Shown: in pieces, positions 18,901 to 26,826 of the stretch
How the letters are laid out: every line of letters begins with the position of its first letter
Position numbering within the stretch: the stretch's first letter is position 1
Assembly: GCF_000012925.1 (NCBI RefSeq)
Contig: NC_007517.1
Span: 90,001 to 122,000 of the forward strand
Length of the DNA: 32,000 bases
Direction: 5' to 3'
Source of the DNA: Geobacter metallireducens GS-15
Lineage (GTDB): Bacteria; Desulfobacterota; Desulfuromonadia; Geobacterales; Geobacteraceae
Translations under genes and position numbers: made by a program
Notes under the pieces: model-generated
Database searches by the model: none
What the model was told of the DNA's origin: nothing
What the model saw: the letters and a program-made list of their open reading frames with translations, nothing else

Positions 18901-19312
18901 CCTCCCGGGGGACCAGCTCCGGCACCACCCCGTACTTAGCCGGAGCGAAGAGGGCGCTGTGGGTACCCAGGAGAAAGACCGCCCCATAGAGAAGTGGAGG
19001 GGAGGCCAGGAAGAGACCACTCACGGCCAGGAGGGCGATCCCCACTTCCAGCGCCTTGACCCCCACCACGATCCGCCCCTTGGGAAAGCGGTCGGCCAGG
19101 GAACCGGCCAGGGCCGAGAAGAGGAGAAACGGCGCAACGAAGGCGGCGCTCCCCATGGCGGCAATGGTGCCGGCCTCCTCCCGGCCGTAGCGGCCGATGA
19201 GGTAGAAGACGATGATCAGTTTGATGAGGTTGTCGTTCAGCGCCCCCAGGGCCTGGGCCAGGTTCAGGCGGCGGAAGGAGACGGGTAGGGTGGTCGGTTC
19301 GGTGGTATTCAT
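15926..19312 (-). CDS. Triple fusion: MFS lysophospholipid transporter (LplT-like), PlsC-type acyltransferase and acyl-ACP/CoA synthetase (Aas-like)
   Basis: The 1128-aa product has an N-terminal multi-TM region of about 420 aa. This is followed by LLVANHVSWLDALIL (HX4D acyltransferase motif) and VIFSSGSTGEPKGVMLSH plus GWYVTGDIG (AMP-binding motifs). Its ATG overlaps the amidohydrolase TGA (ATGA). Confidence 0.88.
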   Translation of the reverse strand: MNTTEPTTLPVSFRRLNLAQALGALNDNLIKLIIVFYLIGRYGREEAGTIAAMGSAAFVAPFLLFSALAGSLADRFPKGRIVVGVKALEVGIALLAVSGLFLASPPLLYGAVFLLGTHSALFAPAKYGVVPELVPREGLSKANSLLEMASFLAIVGGTALAPFLVQLAGGRHGVALLAGVAIAVAGLLIARTLPPTPAVAPDRAISFLPTSYWRTLRSLKRDGYLLLAVIGAAYFLFVRAFCQLNLLPYGMKILALSEEQSGYLFLAAAIGIGAGSLWAGRLSGRTVEFGVVPIGAVGLTVCSFVLAMMPASLWAVLAVVALFGVSAGLFIVPLQSFIQLRAPADRRGEVLAASSFLSWVGVLLASGLLWVLSGPLGFSPGSCFTVLGAITLVLTAVTLRVLPDFLLRFIALAVMRIRYRVTTIDDRHVPVEGGALLVANHVSWLDALILLATQQRRIRFVMEREIYSAPGLKQLCALMGVIPVSSRDGKRGLLEFIATARKALDDGYLVCIFAEGEITRTGMLNRFKGGFEHIVKGTSHPIIPVYIGGAWGSALSYAHGRLLSRLPSLIPYRVTVLFGAPVPAGSTPHDVRRAVMELSAAWFEARKPRRRALGELFAETARENWHRLAMADTGGRELTYGRALTGAVALAAKLKDATPGQEMVGVCLPPTVGGALVNLALTLNGIVPVNLNYTASPEGIRSALAQCAITTTITSRVFLEKLGTLPEFPGVLYVEDLLAGLTDGDKRRAFLTARFLPLRTFARPAGFDADRLATVIFSSGSTGEPKGVMLSHHNILSNLEALRMVFRATQRDNICSALPFFHSLGFTGTLWLPLLSGFSAVYHTNPLDGETIAKTVRERQSTLLIATPTFLMAYLRRAKKEDFATLRLVITGAEKLKPKLADTFQEKFGIRPMEGYGATELSPVISLSLPDVEVNGVRQIASRQGSVGLPVPGVVVKIVDPDTFAALPEGEAGLILVKGPNVMLGYLHKPEKTAEVVKDGWYVTGDIGRLDNYGFLHITDRLSRFSKIAGEMVPHGAVEDALHARLGMTGVVAVTGIPDEKRGEKLVVVFAREAGDAETLHRLMAESDLPNLWKPGRDCYVAVDALPLLGTGKLDLRGVKEAALAVVG

Positions 19313-20313
19313 GGGAAGCTCCGGTGTTTGATGGTGTCAGCGATCCCGAGTACGCCTGCGGCCCGGAACAGGATCTCCTCTGGCATCCCCAGGGCCAGCT
19401 TCAGGGCCACATCCTGATCCCAGGGGTTACCGATGACGGCCAACCGCCGGGCCTCCAGCGGCCCGAGCCGGAGGAGGTGGAACCAGGGGGAGGTGAGCCC
19501 CGTGGCAGGCAGGGGCATGTCGGTGCCGTAGAGGAGCCGGCCGTGAATGTCCCGGTGCGCCAGGACCCGCTCCAGGTGCCCCAGTCGGTTCAGCTGGGTG
19601 AGGGCCGAGATGTCGGCGTAGAGGTTCGGGAATTGGGCAAAGAGTGGAAGGAGGCGCGCCAGGTTCGACTCCCCGTGGCTTTGTCCGCTGGTGGCGCAGT
19701 GGGCGGCAATGACAGTCACCCCCTCTTCCAGGGGGAGCCGGAGACGCGCCGGGTCGGCCAGGGCGTTGTCGGCCAGGGTGAATGACTCCTCAAGGCCGGT
19801 GTGGGTCAGAAGCGGAAGCCCCAGCTGGGCCAGGTGGCGATAGAAGGGAACGAGGCACCGATCCGCAGGGTCGGTCCCCTGGATGGAGGGGAGCCACTTC
19901 ACGAGCACCGCTCCGGCGGCGGCAGCGGCGTCGAGGCGCTCCAAGGCGTCGGGGCGCTGGGGGTTGACGCTGGCGCCGAAGAGGAGGTTCGGGTAGCGGC
20001 GGCACTCCCGGGCCAGGAACTCATTGGGAATGTACATCTCGGTCCGGTCCCGATCCAACTGGCCGCTGCCGTCCACCACGCCATCCATGGCCAGCACCAC
20101 GGCCTGCTGGACCTGGGACGAAGCGGTGAGCCGCTCCGAAATACGCCGGAGCACCAGGCTATCACCCTCCCGCTCCAAGTCCGCATTGGTCACGCCGAAG
20201 GATTTGAGGTAGAAGCGGTACTTCCAGCTCCGGCGAAGCTTCGGGGAGATGAAGCAGCCGCTGTCACCGGCGCCGATGCCGGCGGCATGGCAGTGAATGT
20301 CGATGACGGTCAT
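19309..20313 (-). CDS. Metal-dependent amidohydrolase (TIM-barrel amidohydrolase_2-like)
   Basis: The 334-aa product has the N-terminal motif VIDIHCHA and the internal motifs VIAAHCA and LYGTDMP. It is translationally coupled at both ends. Confidence 0.75.
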   Translation of the reverse strand: MTVIDIHCHAAGIGAGDSGCFISPKLRRSWKYRFYLKSFGVTNADLEREGDSLVLRRISERLTASSQVQQAVVLAMDGVVDGSGQLDRDRTEMYIPNEFLARECRRYPNLLFGASVNPQRPDALERLDAAAAAGAVLVKWLPSIQGTDPADRCLVPFYRHLAQLGLPLLTHTGLEESFTLADNALADPARLRLPLEEGVTVIAAHCATSGQSHGESNLARLLPLFAQFPNLYADISALTQLNRLGHLERVLAHRDIHGRLLYGTDMPLPATGLTSPWFHLLRLGPLEARRLAVIGNPWDQDVALKLALGMPEEILFRAAGVLGIADTIKHRSFP

Positions 20314-20426
20314 TTCCGGCTCCGGTGGTTCATGCGGCAGTCGGTGATGGTCTTTACGGTCATGGCAGTGAAGACCGGGGCGGCGGCAACGGCGCTCATC
20401 AACAATAGGGCAAGTGGGGTGAACAT
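20310..20426 (-). CDS. Small hydrophobic leader ORF (38 aa) coupled to the amidohydrolase
   Basis: Hand translation gives MFTPLALLLMSAVAAAPVFTAMTVKTITDCRMNHRSRK. GGGAGG lies 5 nt upstream of the ATG at 20426. Its TGA overlaps the amidohydrolase ATG (ATGA). Confidence 0.4.
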   Translation of the reverse strand: MFTPLALLLMSAVAAAPVFTAMTVKTITDCRMNHRSRK

Positions 20427-20461
20427 GGCAACCTCCCGAACAATGGTTTCTGCTCAGAAGA

Positions 20462-20480
20462 TTGCCGATAACATGCCAAG
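20462..20480 (-). promoter_or_regulatory. Candidate sigma-54 (-24/-12) promoter for the small ORF-amidohydrolase-LplT/Aas operon
   Basis: The minus strand reads CTTGGCATGTTATCGGCAA, with the correct GG-N10-GC spacing. The -24 element TGGCAT is a good match and the -12 element CGGCA is imperfect against TTGCA. It lies about 35-50 nt upstream of the small-ORF ATG and faces away from a divergently transcribed sigma-54 activator gene. Confidence 0.4.
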
Positions 20481-20600
20481 TCGGCTACCGCCTGAGATTG
20501 CCAATGATTCTGGATTGTTGCAGTCAGACGGCAATCGCTCCTGCTGATTAGCGGCAAATCGTGATTGACATTTTATGAATGGCAACTATACATCGAATGT

Positions 20601-22076
20601 ATGAAAGCTATCGAGACAATACTGGCGACGGAGCGGGATTTTTTTGCCAAGGTGGCCCGGGCCGCCTTCCTCAATCCCTTTGGCGAGAGCCGCGACGAAC
20701 TGGACCTGCTCCTGGCGGGAACTGGTGCCGGTGACCGGGGCGGAGTGCTTGCCGCCATCATTGCCCGGGTGGCCGAACGGACGGCCGTCCTGCAGCGGGA
20801 ACTGCGGGGCAACCACCACCGCCTGCCGGCTGCCGACCGGGAAACGGTCCGGACTGTGCTCCTCTTCGATCTCTTTCATCGGTTCCTGGACTCCTTCGAC
20901 CGCCTGATCCGGGAGCAGGCCGTCGGCGGCGACTCCCCCTGCCCCGTCCCCTTTGCCGGCGGCTTCCAGGCCGCCTTCGCGGAGGCGGGCTTCTCCGAGA
21001 CGGAAAGCCGCCGCTACCTGGGCCTCTTCTACCAGCTCCGGCGGGCCTTCTACTTCATCCGGGAAGGGCTCGCCGGTTCCAGCCCGTCGCTGCGCCGGGT
21101 GCGGGAACACCTCTGGCAGACCCTCTTCACCCACAACATCCGGTGGTTCGACCAGTACCTCTGGGACCGGATGGAGGACTTCTCCGTACTCATCCTCGGG
21201 GAGACCGGCACCGGCAAGGGGGCCGCAGCCGCGGCCATCGGCCGGTCGGGCTTCATCCCCTTCGACCCGAAAACCGGCCGGTTCAGCGAAAGCTTCACCC
21301 GCAACTTCCTGGCGGTGAACCTCTCCCAGTACCCGGAGGGGGTCCTGGAGTCGGAGCTCTTCGGCCACCGGAAGGGGGCCTTCACCGGCGCCATCGATCA
21401 CCATGAGGGGGTCTTCAGCCGCTGCACCCCCCACGGCGCCATCTTCCTGGACGAGATCGGCGAGGTGCCGCTGCCGGTGCAGGTGAAGCTCCTCCAGGTG
21501 CTCCAGGAGCGGAGCTTCTCGCCGGTGGGGAGCCACCAGCGGCTCCGCTTCAGCGGCCGGGTCATCGCCGCCACCAACCGGGACCTGACCCGCCTGCGGG
21601 AGCAGGGGGAGTTCCGGGACGACTTCTACTACCGCCTCTGTTCCGACGTCATCACCATCCCACCCCTGCGGCAGCGGCTCCAGGAATGCCCCGACGAGCT
21701 GGGGGAGCTGGTGGCGGGAATCCTCACGCGCCTGACCGGGACCGCGCCGAAGCGGGAGGTGCAGCTATTGCGCAAGGCCATCGAACGGGAAACGGGAAAG
21801 GGATACCACTGGCCGGGAAACGTGCGGGAGCTGGAGCAGGCGGTGCGGCGGGTACTGGTGACGGGACATTACCGGGGGGAAGAGAAAGGGGCGCCGTCCG
21901 GCGTGACGGAGCAGTTCCTGGCGGACGTGGCGGCGGGGGGGCTCGATGCCCAGGGGCTTCTGGCCGGCTACTGCCGCATCCTGTACGAGCGGCACGACAC
22001 CTACGAGGAGGTGGCCCGCCGGGCCAACCTGGACCGGCGGACGGTGAAGAAGTATCTGCAGCAAGCAGGGGAGTGA
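20601..22076 (+). CDS. Sigma-54-dependent transcriptional activator (bacterial enhancer-binding protein) with a non-receiver N-terminal domain
   Basis: AAA+ motifs are GETGTGKG (Walker A), ESELFGHRKGAFTGA (GAFTGA loop), IFLDEIGE (Walker B) and RVIAATNRDL. There is a C-terminal HTH (YEEVARRANLDRRTVKKYL). No phospho-acceptor receiver is recognisable in the first ~200 aa. The start is ATG 20601, with an alternative TTG at 20565. Confidence 0.9.
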   Translation: MKAIETILATERDFFAKVARAAFLNPFGESRDELDLLLAGTGAGDRGGVLAAIIARVAERTAVLQRELRGNHHRLPAADRETVRTVLLFDLFHRFLDSFDRLIREQAVGGDSPCPVPFAGGFQAAFAEAGFSETESRRYLGLFYQLRRAFYFIREGLAGSSPSLRRVREHLWQTLFTHNIRWFDQYLWDRMEDFSVLILGETGTGKGAAAAAIGRSGFIPFDPKTGRFSESFTRNFLAVNLSQYPEGVLESELFGHRKGAFTGAIDHHEGVFSRCTPHGAIFLDEIGEVPLPVQVKLLQVLQERSFSPVGSHQRLRFSGRVIAATNRDLTRLREQGEFRDDFYYRLCSDVITIPPLRQRLQECPDELGELVAGILTRLTGTAPKREVQLLRKAIERETGKGYHWPGNVRELEQAVRRVLVTGHYRGEEKGAPSGVTEQFLADVAAGGLDAQGLLAGYCRILYERHDTYEEVARRANLDRRTVKKYLQQAGE

Positions 22077-22217
22077 TATCAAACAAAAAAATCAAATCGC
22101 GGATGGATTTAGGTCAGATTTGGTCGGGCCGAATGAGTACAACCGCAGGCGTAGCAGCGCTACGTCGAGGATTGTGCGATTGAGAACCGGCCAAAGATGG
22201 CCTGAATACGGCCGCGA

Positions 22218-24446
22218 TCAAACCCGCTCCAACCCTGCAAACCGCACCAACAGCTTCTTCGGCCCCACGGAGTTGAACCAGACGATCACCTTCTGGTCGT
22301 CCCCCTTCCCCTCGATCTTGCGGATGACGCCGACGCCGAACTTGCCGTGGCGCACCTTCATGCCGAGCCAGATGCCGCCGTCCTCGGGCTCGTCGGGGAT
22401 CACCTCGATGTCGTCGAAATCGGGCTCGATCTCCGTTTCGAAGATGCTCGCCAGGTTGTGGCGCGTCGGTTCGGCGGCTGTTGTCTCCCGCTCCAGCCCC
22501 CGTCCTGCGCCGAAGCCGAAGGAGGACTGGTACTCGTCTTCCAGATCCAGGAGATCCCGGGGAACGTCGGCGATGAAGCGGGACGACATGTTCACCTGGT
22601 CCTGGCCGAAGAGTCGCCGGCGGCGGGCGTTGGTGAGGATCAGCCGCTCCCTCGCCCGGGTCATCCCCACGTAGCAGAGGCGCCGCTCCTCCTCCATGGC
22701 CTCGGGGTCGTCCAGGGAGCGGACGTGTGGGAAAAGCTTCTCCTCCATTCCGATCATGAATACCACTGGGAATTCGAGCCCCTTGGCCGCGTGGAGGGTC
22801 ATGAGGGTGGCCGATTCCCGCTTCCCCTCGCCCCGCTCCAGATCCGACACGAGGGCCACCTGCTCCAGGAAGGCGGCCAGGGTCTTCTCGTCGCTCGTTC
22901 GCTCGAACTCCTCCATGGCGGAACAGAGTTCCTGGAGGTTGTCGAGGCGGTCCTGGGCCTCGTCGCTCCGCTCTTCCTTCAGTTTGGCGGCGTAGCCGGT
23001 CCCGTCGATGATGCGGGAGGCGAGCTCCGACAGGGGTACCGTGCCGGCGAGGCCGGCAAACTGCTCCATGAGTGCCATGAAGCCGGCGATTTTCCCCCGG
23101 GGGCCGGTGGAGAGGAGTCCGCTGGTGGACGCCTCGCTGAAGGCGTCGTAGAGAATGATCCCCTTGCGGAATGCCAGCTCCGCCACCTTGTCCACGGTGG
23201 CGTGGCCGATACCCCGGGCCGGGACGTTGATGATCCGCTTGAGGGACACCTCGTCGGCGGGGTTCACGAGGACCTTCAGGTAGGCGAGGATGTCCTTTAC
23301 CTCCATCCGCTCGTAGAACCGCATCCCCCCCACCATGTGGTAGGGAATCCCGTCGGCCACCATGGCGTCCTCGATGACCCGGGACTGGGCGTTGGTCCGG
23401 TAGAAGACCGCCACGTCCCGCAGATCCCCGCCGCGCCGCACATGCTTCTCCACCTCCCGGCAGACGAAGCGGGCCTCCTCCCGCTCGTCGGAGAGGCGCC
23501 GGTAGACAATGGCCTCGCCGGCCGGGTTCTCGCTCCAGAGGGTCTTGGCCTTGCGGCCGCGGTTTTTGGCCACCACGGCCCCGGCCGCGGCCAGGATGTT
23601 TTGGGTGGAACGGTAGTTCTGCTCCAGCTTAACTGTGACCACGCCGGGAAAATCCTTCTCGAAGTCGAGGATGTTCCGGATGTCGGCCCCCCGCCACCGA
23701 TAGATTGACTGGTCATCGTCCCCCACCACGCAGAGGTTGCGCCGCTCCCCGGCCAGAAGCCGCACGAGCCGGTACTGAATCGGGTTCGTATCCTGATACT
23801 CGTCCACAAGGATCCAGCGATATTTGTCCCGGTAGCGGGCCAGCACCTCGGGGTGCTCTTCTAAGAGACGGACCGTCAGCATGAGGAGATCGCCGAAGTC
23901 CAGGGCGTTGCACTTCTTCAGCCGCTCCTGGTAGGCGCCGTAGACCCGGGCCAGCATCTCGCCGGTGTAGTCGCCGGTGGGGATCTCCCCGGGGGGGATG
24001 CCCCGGTTCTTGCAGTCGTCGATGGCGGCGGCAAAGGAGCGGGCCGGGAAGCGTTTCTCGTCCAGGCCGAGGCCGGCGATCACCTCCTTCAGAAGCTTTT
24101 CCGCGTCCTTGTCGTCGTAGATAGCGAAGGAGGAGTCATACCCCAGGTGGTGGATATCGCGGCGCAGGAACCGGGCGCAGGTGGAGTGGAAGGTGGCGAT
24201 GAGGGGAGCCTCGCCGGCTCCCACGAGCCGCTCCACCCGCTCCCGCATCTCGCCGGCGGCCTTGTTGGTGAAGGTAACCGCCAGAATCTGCCACGGGGGG
24301 ACGCCGAGGTTGCAGATCAGGTGAGCGATACGGTGGACGATGACCCGGGTCTTGCCGGATCCGGCTCCGGCCAGAACCAGGAGCGGCCCCTCGCCGTGGA
24401 GAACCGCCTCCTTCTGGGGCGGGTTGAGATTTTTCAGAAGGTCCAT
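22218..24446 (-). CDS. pcrA: ATP-dependent DNA helicase, UvrD/PcrA family
   Basis: The 742-aa product has NPPQKEAV, AGAGSGKT (Walker A), ILVDEYQDTN, a TLHAAKGLEF-type motif and VGMTRA. The C-terminal Tudor-like tail is GMKVRHGKFGVGVI. I cannot decide between the pcrA and uvrD names from sequence alone. Confidence 0.9.
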   Translation of the reverse strand: MDLLKNLNPPQKEAVLHGEGPLLVLAGAGSGKTRVIVHRIAHLICNLGVPPWQILAVTFTNKAAGEMRERVERLVGAGEAPLIATFHSTCARFLRRDIHHLGYDSSFAIYDDKDAEKLLKEVIAGLGLDEKRFPARSFAAAIDDCKNRGIPPGEIPTGDYTGEMLARVYGAYQERLKKCNALDFGDLLMLTVRLLEEHPEVLARYRDKYRWILVDEYQDTNPIQYRLVRLLAGERRNLCVVGDDDQSIYRWRGADIRNILDFEKDFPGVVTVKLEQNYRSTQNILAAAGAVVAKNRGRKAKTLWSENPAGEAIVYRRLSDEREEARFVCREVEKHVRRGGDLRDVAVFYRTNAQSRVIEDAMVADGIPYHMVGGMRFYERMEVKDILAYLKVLVNPADEVSLKRIINVPARGIGHATVDKVAELAFRKGIILYDAFSEASTSGLLSTGPRGKIAGFMALMEQFAGLAGTVPLSELASRIIDGTGYAAKLKEERSDEAQDRLDNLQELCSAMEEFERTSDEKTLAAFLEQVALVSDLERGEGKRESATLMTLHAAKGLEFPVVFMIGMEEKLFPHVRSLDDPEAMEEERRLCYVGMTRARERLILTNARRRRLFGQDQVNMSSRFIADVPRDLLDLEDEYQSSFGFGAGRGLERETTAAEPTRHNLASIFETEIEPDFDDIEVIPDEPEDGGIWLGMKVRHGKFGVGVIRKIEGKGDDQKVIVWFNSVGPKKLLVRFAGLERV

Positions 24447-24581
24447 GGGAGTACCTTTTCACACAGTGGAGACTTGGATCAACGGCCCATATTTACGGCC
24501 CGGGGGAATTTAGTCAAGAATGTTTGTGGTATAGTTGCCAGGTTAAATATCCATCAGCCATGGATTCGAGGAGGAGCCACG

Positions 24582-25091
24582 ATGAAACGGTACTGCACCA
24601 TCAAGACCCCGTTGGGCGACATGGTGGCGCTGGCGGAGGGGGACGAACTGAGCGGGCTCTGGTTCACGGATCAGAAGTACGTGCCGGCGGATGCCGGAGA
24701 CCGGATGCACGACCAGGATCATCCCCTCTTTGCGGAGCTGCGCCGGCAGCTGGACGCCTATTTCGCCGGCATGCTGCAGACGTTCGACCTGCCGCTGGCG
24801 CCCCAGGGGACCCCGTTCCAGATGGCGGTCTGGGAGCTTCTGCGCACCATTCCCCCGGGGACGACCACCTCCTACGGCGCCTTGGCTGTCCGCATGGCCC
24901 AGGGCAGGGGGGGGCGCATTACGTCGGCCCGGGCGGTGGGGAGCGCGGTGGGGCGCAATCCCATCGACATCATTATCCCCTGCCACCGGGTGATAGGGGC
25001 CGACGGTTCCCTTACCGGCTATGCCGGCGGGCTTAAGCGCAAGGCGGCCCTCCTGGCCCTGGAGCGGGGCGGCGGGTTGCCGCCGGGTTGA
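24582..25091 (+). CDS. ogt: Methylated-DNA--protein-cysteine methyltransferase
   Basis: The start is ATG 24582 with GAGGAG 5 nt upstream. The product runs from MKRYCTIKTPLGDM to the active site IPCHRV. The track ORF from 24147 is an over-extension. Confidence 0.9.
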   Translation: MKRYCTIKTPLGDMVALAEGDELSGLWFTDQKYVPADAGDRMHDQDHPLFAELRRQLDAYFAGMLQTFDLPLAPQGTPFQMAVWELLRTIPPGTTTSYGALAVRMAQGRGGRITSARAVGSAVGRNPIDIIIPCHRVIGADGSLTGYAGGLKRKAALLALERGGGLPPG

Positions 25092-25136
25092 TGCCAGGCG
25101 GTTCCCCTCCCGCTAAAACTGTGCTAGGGTGAGTCC

Positions 25137-26111
25137 ATGTCGATGGAGTCACCTGAACACGAGGCAGCACCCTCTCCCCCCCGCAACCGCACCAAGGAGA
25201 CGATCCGCGCCATCAAGTGGCGGCTGGGGCTAGTCCTGTTCGCCTTGGTCGCAATTCCGGTCCTCCTCCTGCCGCGCCGCCTGGCCGTGGGGCTCGGCGC
25301 CCGCGGGGGCCGGCTCGTTTTCCTCCTCATGGGGAAGCTGCGGCGCAAGACCGTGGCACACATTGAGAGCGCCTATCCCTACCTCGGCACCCTGGAAGAG
25401 TGGGACCCCGCCGCCGGCACGCCGGAGGAGATCGCCCGGCGCACCTTCGCCAACATCGGCCGGACCGCTGTGGAGATCATTAAGCTCTATTTCGGCCAGG
25501 GAAAGGGACTTGTCGACCGGACGGAACTGCGGGGATTGGAGCACGTTCGGGCGGCAAAGGCGCGGGGGAAAGGGGTCATCTTCATCACCGGCCACTGCGA
25601 CAACTGGGAGCTAGTGGCCCACGCCTTCGGCACCAACGCCGAGGGGATGGCGGTGGTGGCGAGGCGGCAGAAGTTCGAGCCCCTGACACGGCTGCTGGAA
25701 CGGCTCCGCAACCGGCACGGCAACAGCATCATCTACTCCGAGGGTGCGGCCCGGCAGATCTTTTTCCGGCTCCGGAAGAACGCGGCCATCGGCCTTCTCA
25801 TGGATCAGTCAGTCCCTTTCCACGAGGGGGAGCTGGTGGAGTTCCTCGGAAGAAAGGCCTGGACCACCACCATGCCGGCCCTCATGGCGGCCAGGACCGG
25901 CGCCGCCCTAGTCCCCGGTTTCGGCCACCGGGAGGGGGACCGCCACGTGGTGGAGTTCTTCCCTGAAATAGCCCCCGATCCTTCCGGCGATCCCATCGCC
26001 ACCACCCGCCTTCTCAACCGGGCCATCGAGCAGTACATCGCCCGCCACCCCGACCAGTGGCTCTGGGTCTACAACCGCTGGAAGCGGGTGACCCGGGAGC
26101 AGCAAGGCTAG
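25137..26111 (+). CDS. LpxL/HtrB-family lysophospholipid / lipid A late acyltransferase
   Basis: The 324-aa product has an N-terminal TM segment and FITGHCDNWE (HX4D/E acyltransferase motif). The C-terminal PDQWLWVYNRWK is typical of the lauroyl/myristoyl acyltransferase family. Confidence 0.8.
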   Translation: MSMESPEHEAAPSPPRNRTKETIRAIKWRLGLVLFALVAIPVLLLPRRLAVGLGARGGRLVFLLMGKLRRKTVAHIESAYPYLGTLEEWDPAAGTPEEIARRTFANIGRTAVEIIKLYFGQGKGLVDRTELRGLEHVRAAKARGKGVIFITGHCDNWELVAHAFGTNAEGMAVVARRQKFEPLTRLLERLRNRHGNSIIYSEGAARQIFFRLRKNAAIGLLMDQSVPFHEGELVEFLGRKAWTTTMPALMAARTGAALVPGFGHREGDRHVVEFFPEIAPDPSGDPIATTRLLNRAIEQYIARHPDQWLWVYNRWKRVTREQQG

Positions 26112-26815
26112 GCCGGCCGTCTCCCGGCGGCGTCCTTCAGCTTCTCCATATCGAAAATCACCACCCGGCTCCCTTCCACCTCGATGAGCCCCTCCTCCTT
26201 CAGCTTCCGGAAGGCCCGTGACAGAGTCTCGCTCACGGTGCCGAGGCGCGACGCCAGCTCTCCCTTCTTCATGTCCAGATCCAGGTAGGTCTTTCCCTGG
26301 AACGCGGTGGACTTGCGTTCGGCCAGTTCCACCAGGTGGGCGGCGAGGCGGGCCGGCACCTCGGCGAAGGTGAGCTCCTCGATCTGGCGGGCGAAGCGGC
26401 GGAGCATGAGGGAGAGGGAGACGATGAGGTTCAGGGAAAAGCGGGGGTTCCGCTCCAGGATCCCCATGAACCCCTCCCTCGGAAAGAAGATCGCCTCCCC
26501 CTTTTCCGTGGCCCGGGCCTCGGCCGGGTACTTCCCGTCGCCGAAGAAAGCCGCCTCGGCAAAGGTCTCGCCGGGATGGACGAAATGGAGGACCTTTTCC
26601 TTCCCGTCGGGGGACACCTTGCAGAGCTTCATGCTCCCCTGGGCCAAAAGGTAGAAGCCGCTGGCCGGCTCCCCTTCCGAGAAGAGGGACTCTCCCCGGG
26701 CAAAGGGGCGCCGCGTGGCGATGGCCGCCACGTCGGACAGGTTCTCGCCGTCAAGGCCGGAAAAGAGGAGGGATTTTTTCAGGATCTCGGTTAGTTCCAC
26801 GGAATATCCTTTCAA
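26108..26815 (-). CDS. Crp/Fnr-family transcriptional regulator (cNMP-binding-like domain plus HTH)
   Basis: The product has a beta-roll effector domain (FSEGEPASGFYLLAQGSMKL) and a C-terminal HTH (ELASRLGTVSETLSRAFRKLKEEGLI). The true start is likely GTG 26800, with AAGGA 6 nt upstream, rather than TTG 26815. Confidence 0.88.
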   Translation of the reverse strand: MKGYSVELTEILKKSLLFSGLDGENLSDVAAIATRRPFARGESLFSEGEPASGFYLLAQGSMKLCKVSPDGKEKVLHFVHPGETFAEAAFFGDGKYPAEARATEKGEAIFFPREGFMGILERNPRFSLNLIVSLSLMLRRFARQIEELTFAEVPARLAAHLVELAERKSTAFQGKTYLDLDMKKGELASRLGTVSETLSRAFRKLKEEGLIEVEGSRVVIFDMEKLKDAAGRRPA

Positions 26816-26820
26816 TATGG

Positions 26821-26826
26821 ATTAGG
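26821..26826. repeat. Target-site duplication of the IS481-like element (ATTAGG); the second copy is at 28181..28186
   Basis: Identical hexamers directly abut the outer ends of the two 26-bp inverted repeats. Confidence 0.8.

Noticed and set aside
22077-22217. Possible MITE or sRNA in the convergent intergenic region between the activator and pcrA. It has imperfect inverted ends TTTGGTCGGG (22119..22128) and ACCGGCCAAA (22186..22195), an internal 6-bp hairpin CGTAGC-AGC-GCTACG (22150..22164) and the palindrome GGCC-N6-GGCC (22189..22202).
   Set aside because: The inverted ends match at only 8/10 positions. There is no target duplication and I can see no second copy in the window. It is most simply read as weak bidirectional terminator structures, but is worth a genome-wide repeat search.
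26108-26815. A functional link between the Crp/Fnr cNMP-type regulator and the cyclase island.
   Set aside because: They are 15 kb apart, in different compositional compartments (core versus low-GC island). Crp/Fnr effector domains frequently bind non-nucleotide ligands, and no sequence evidence connects them.
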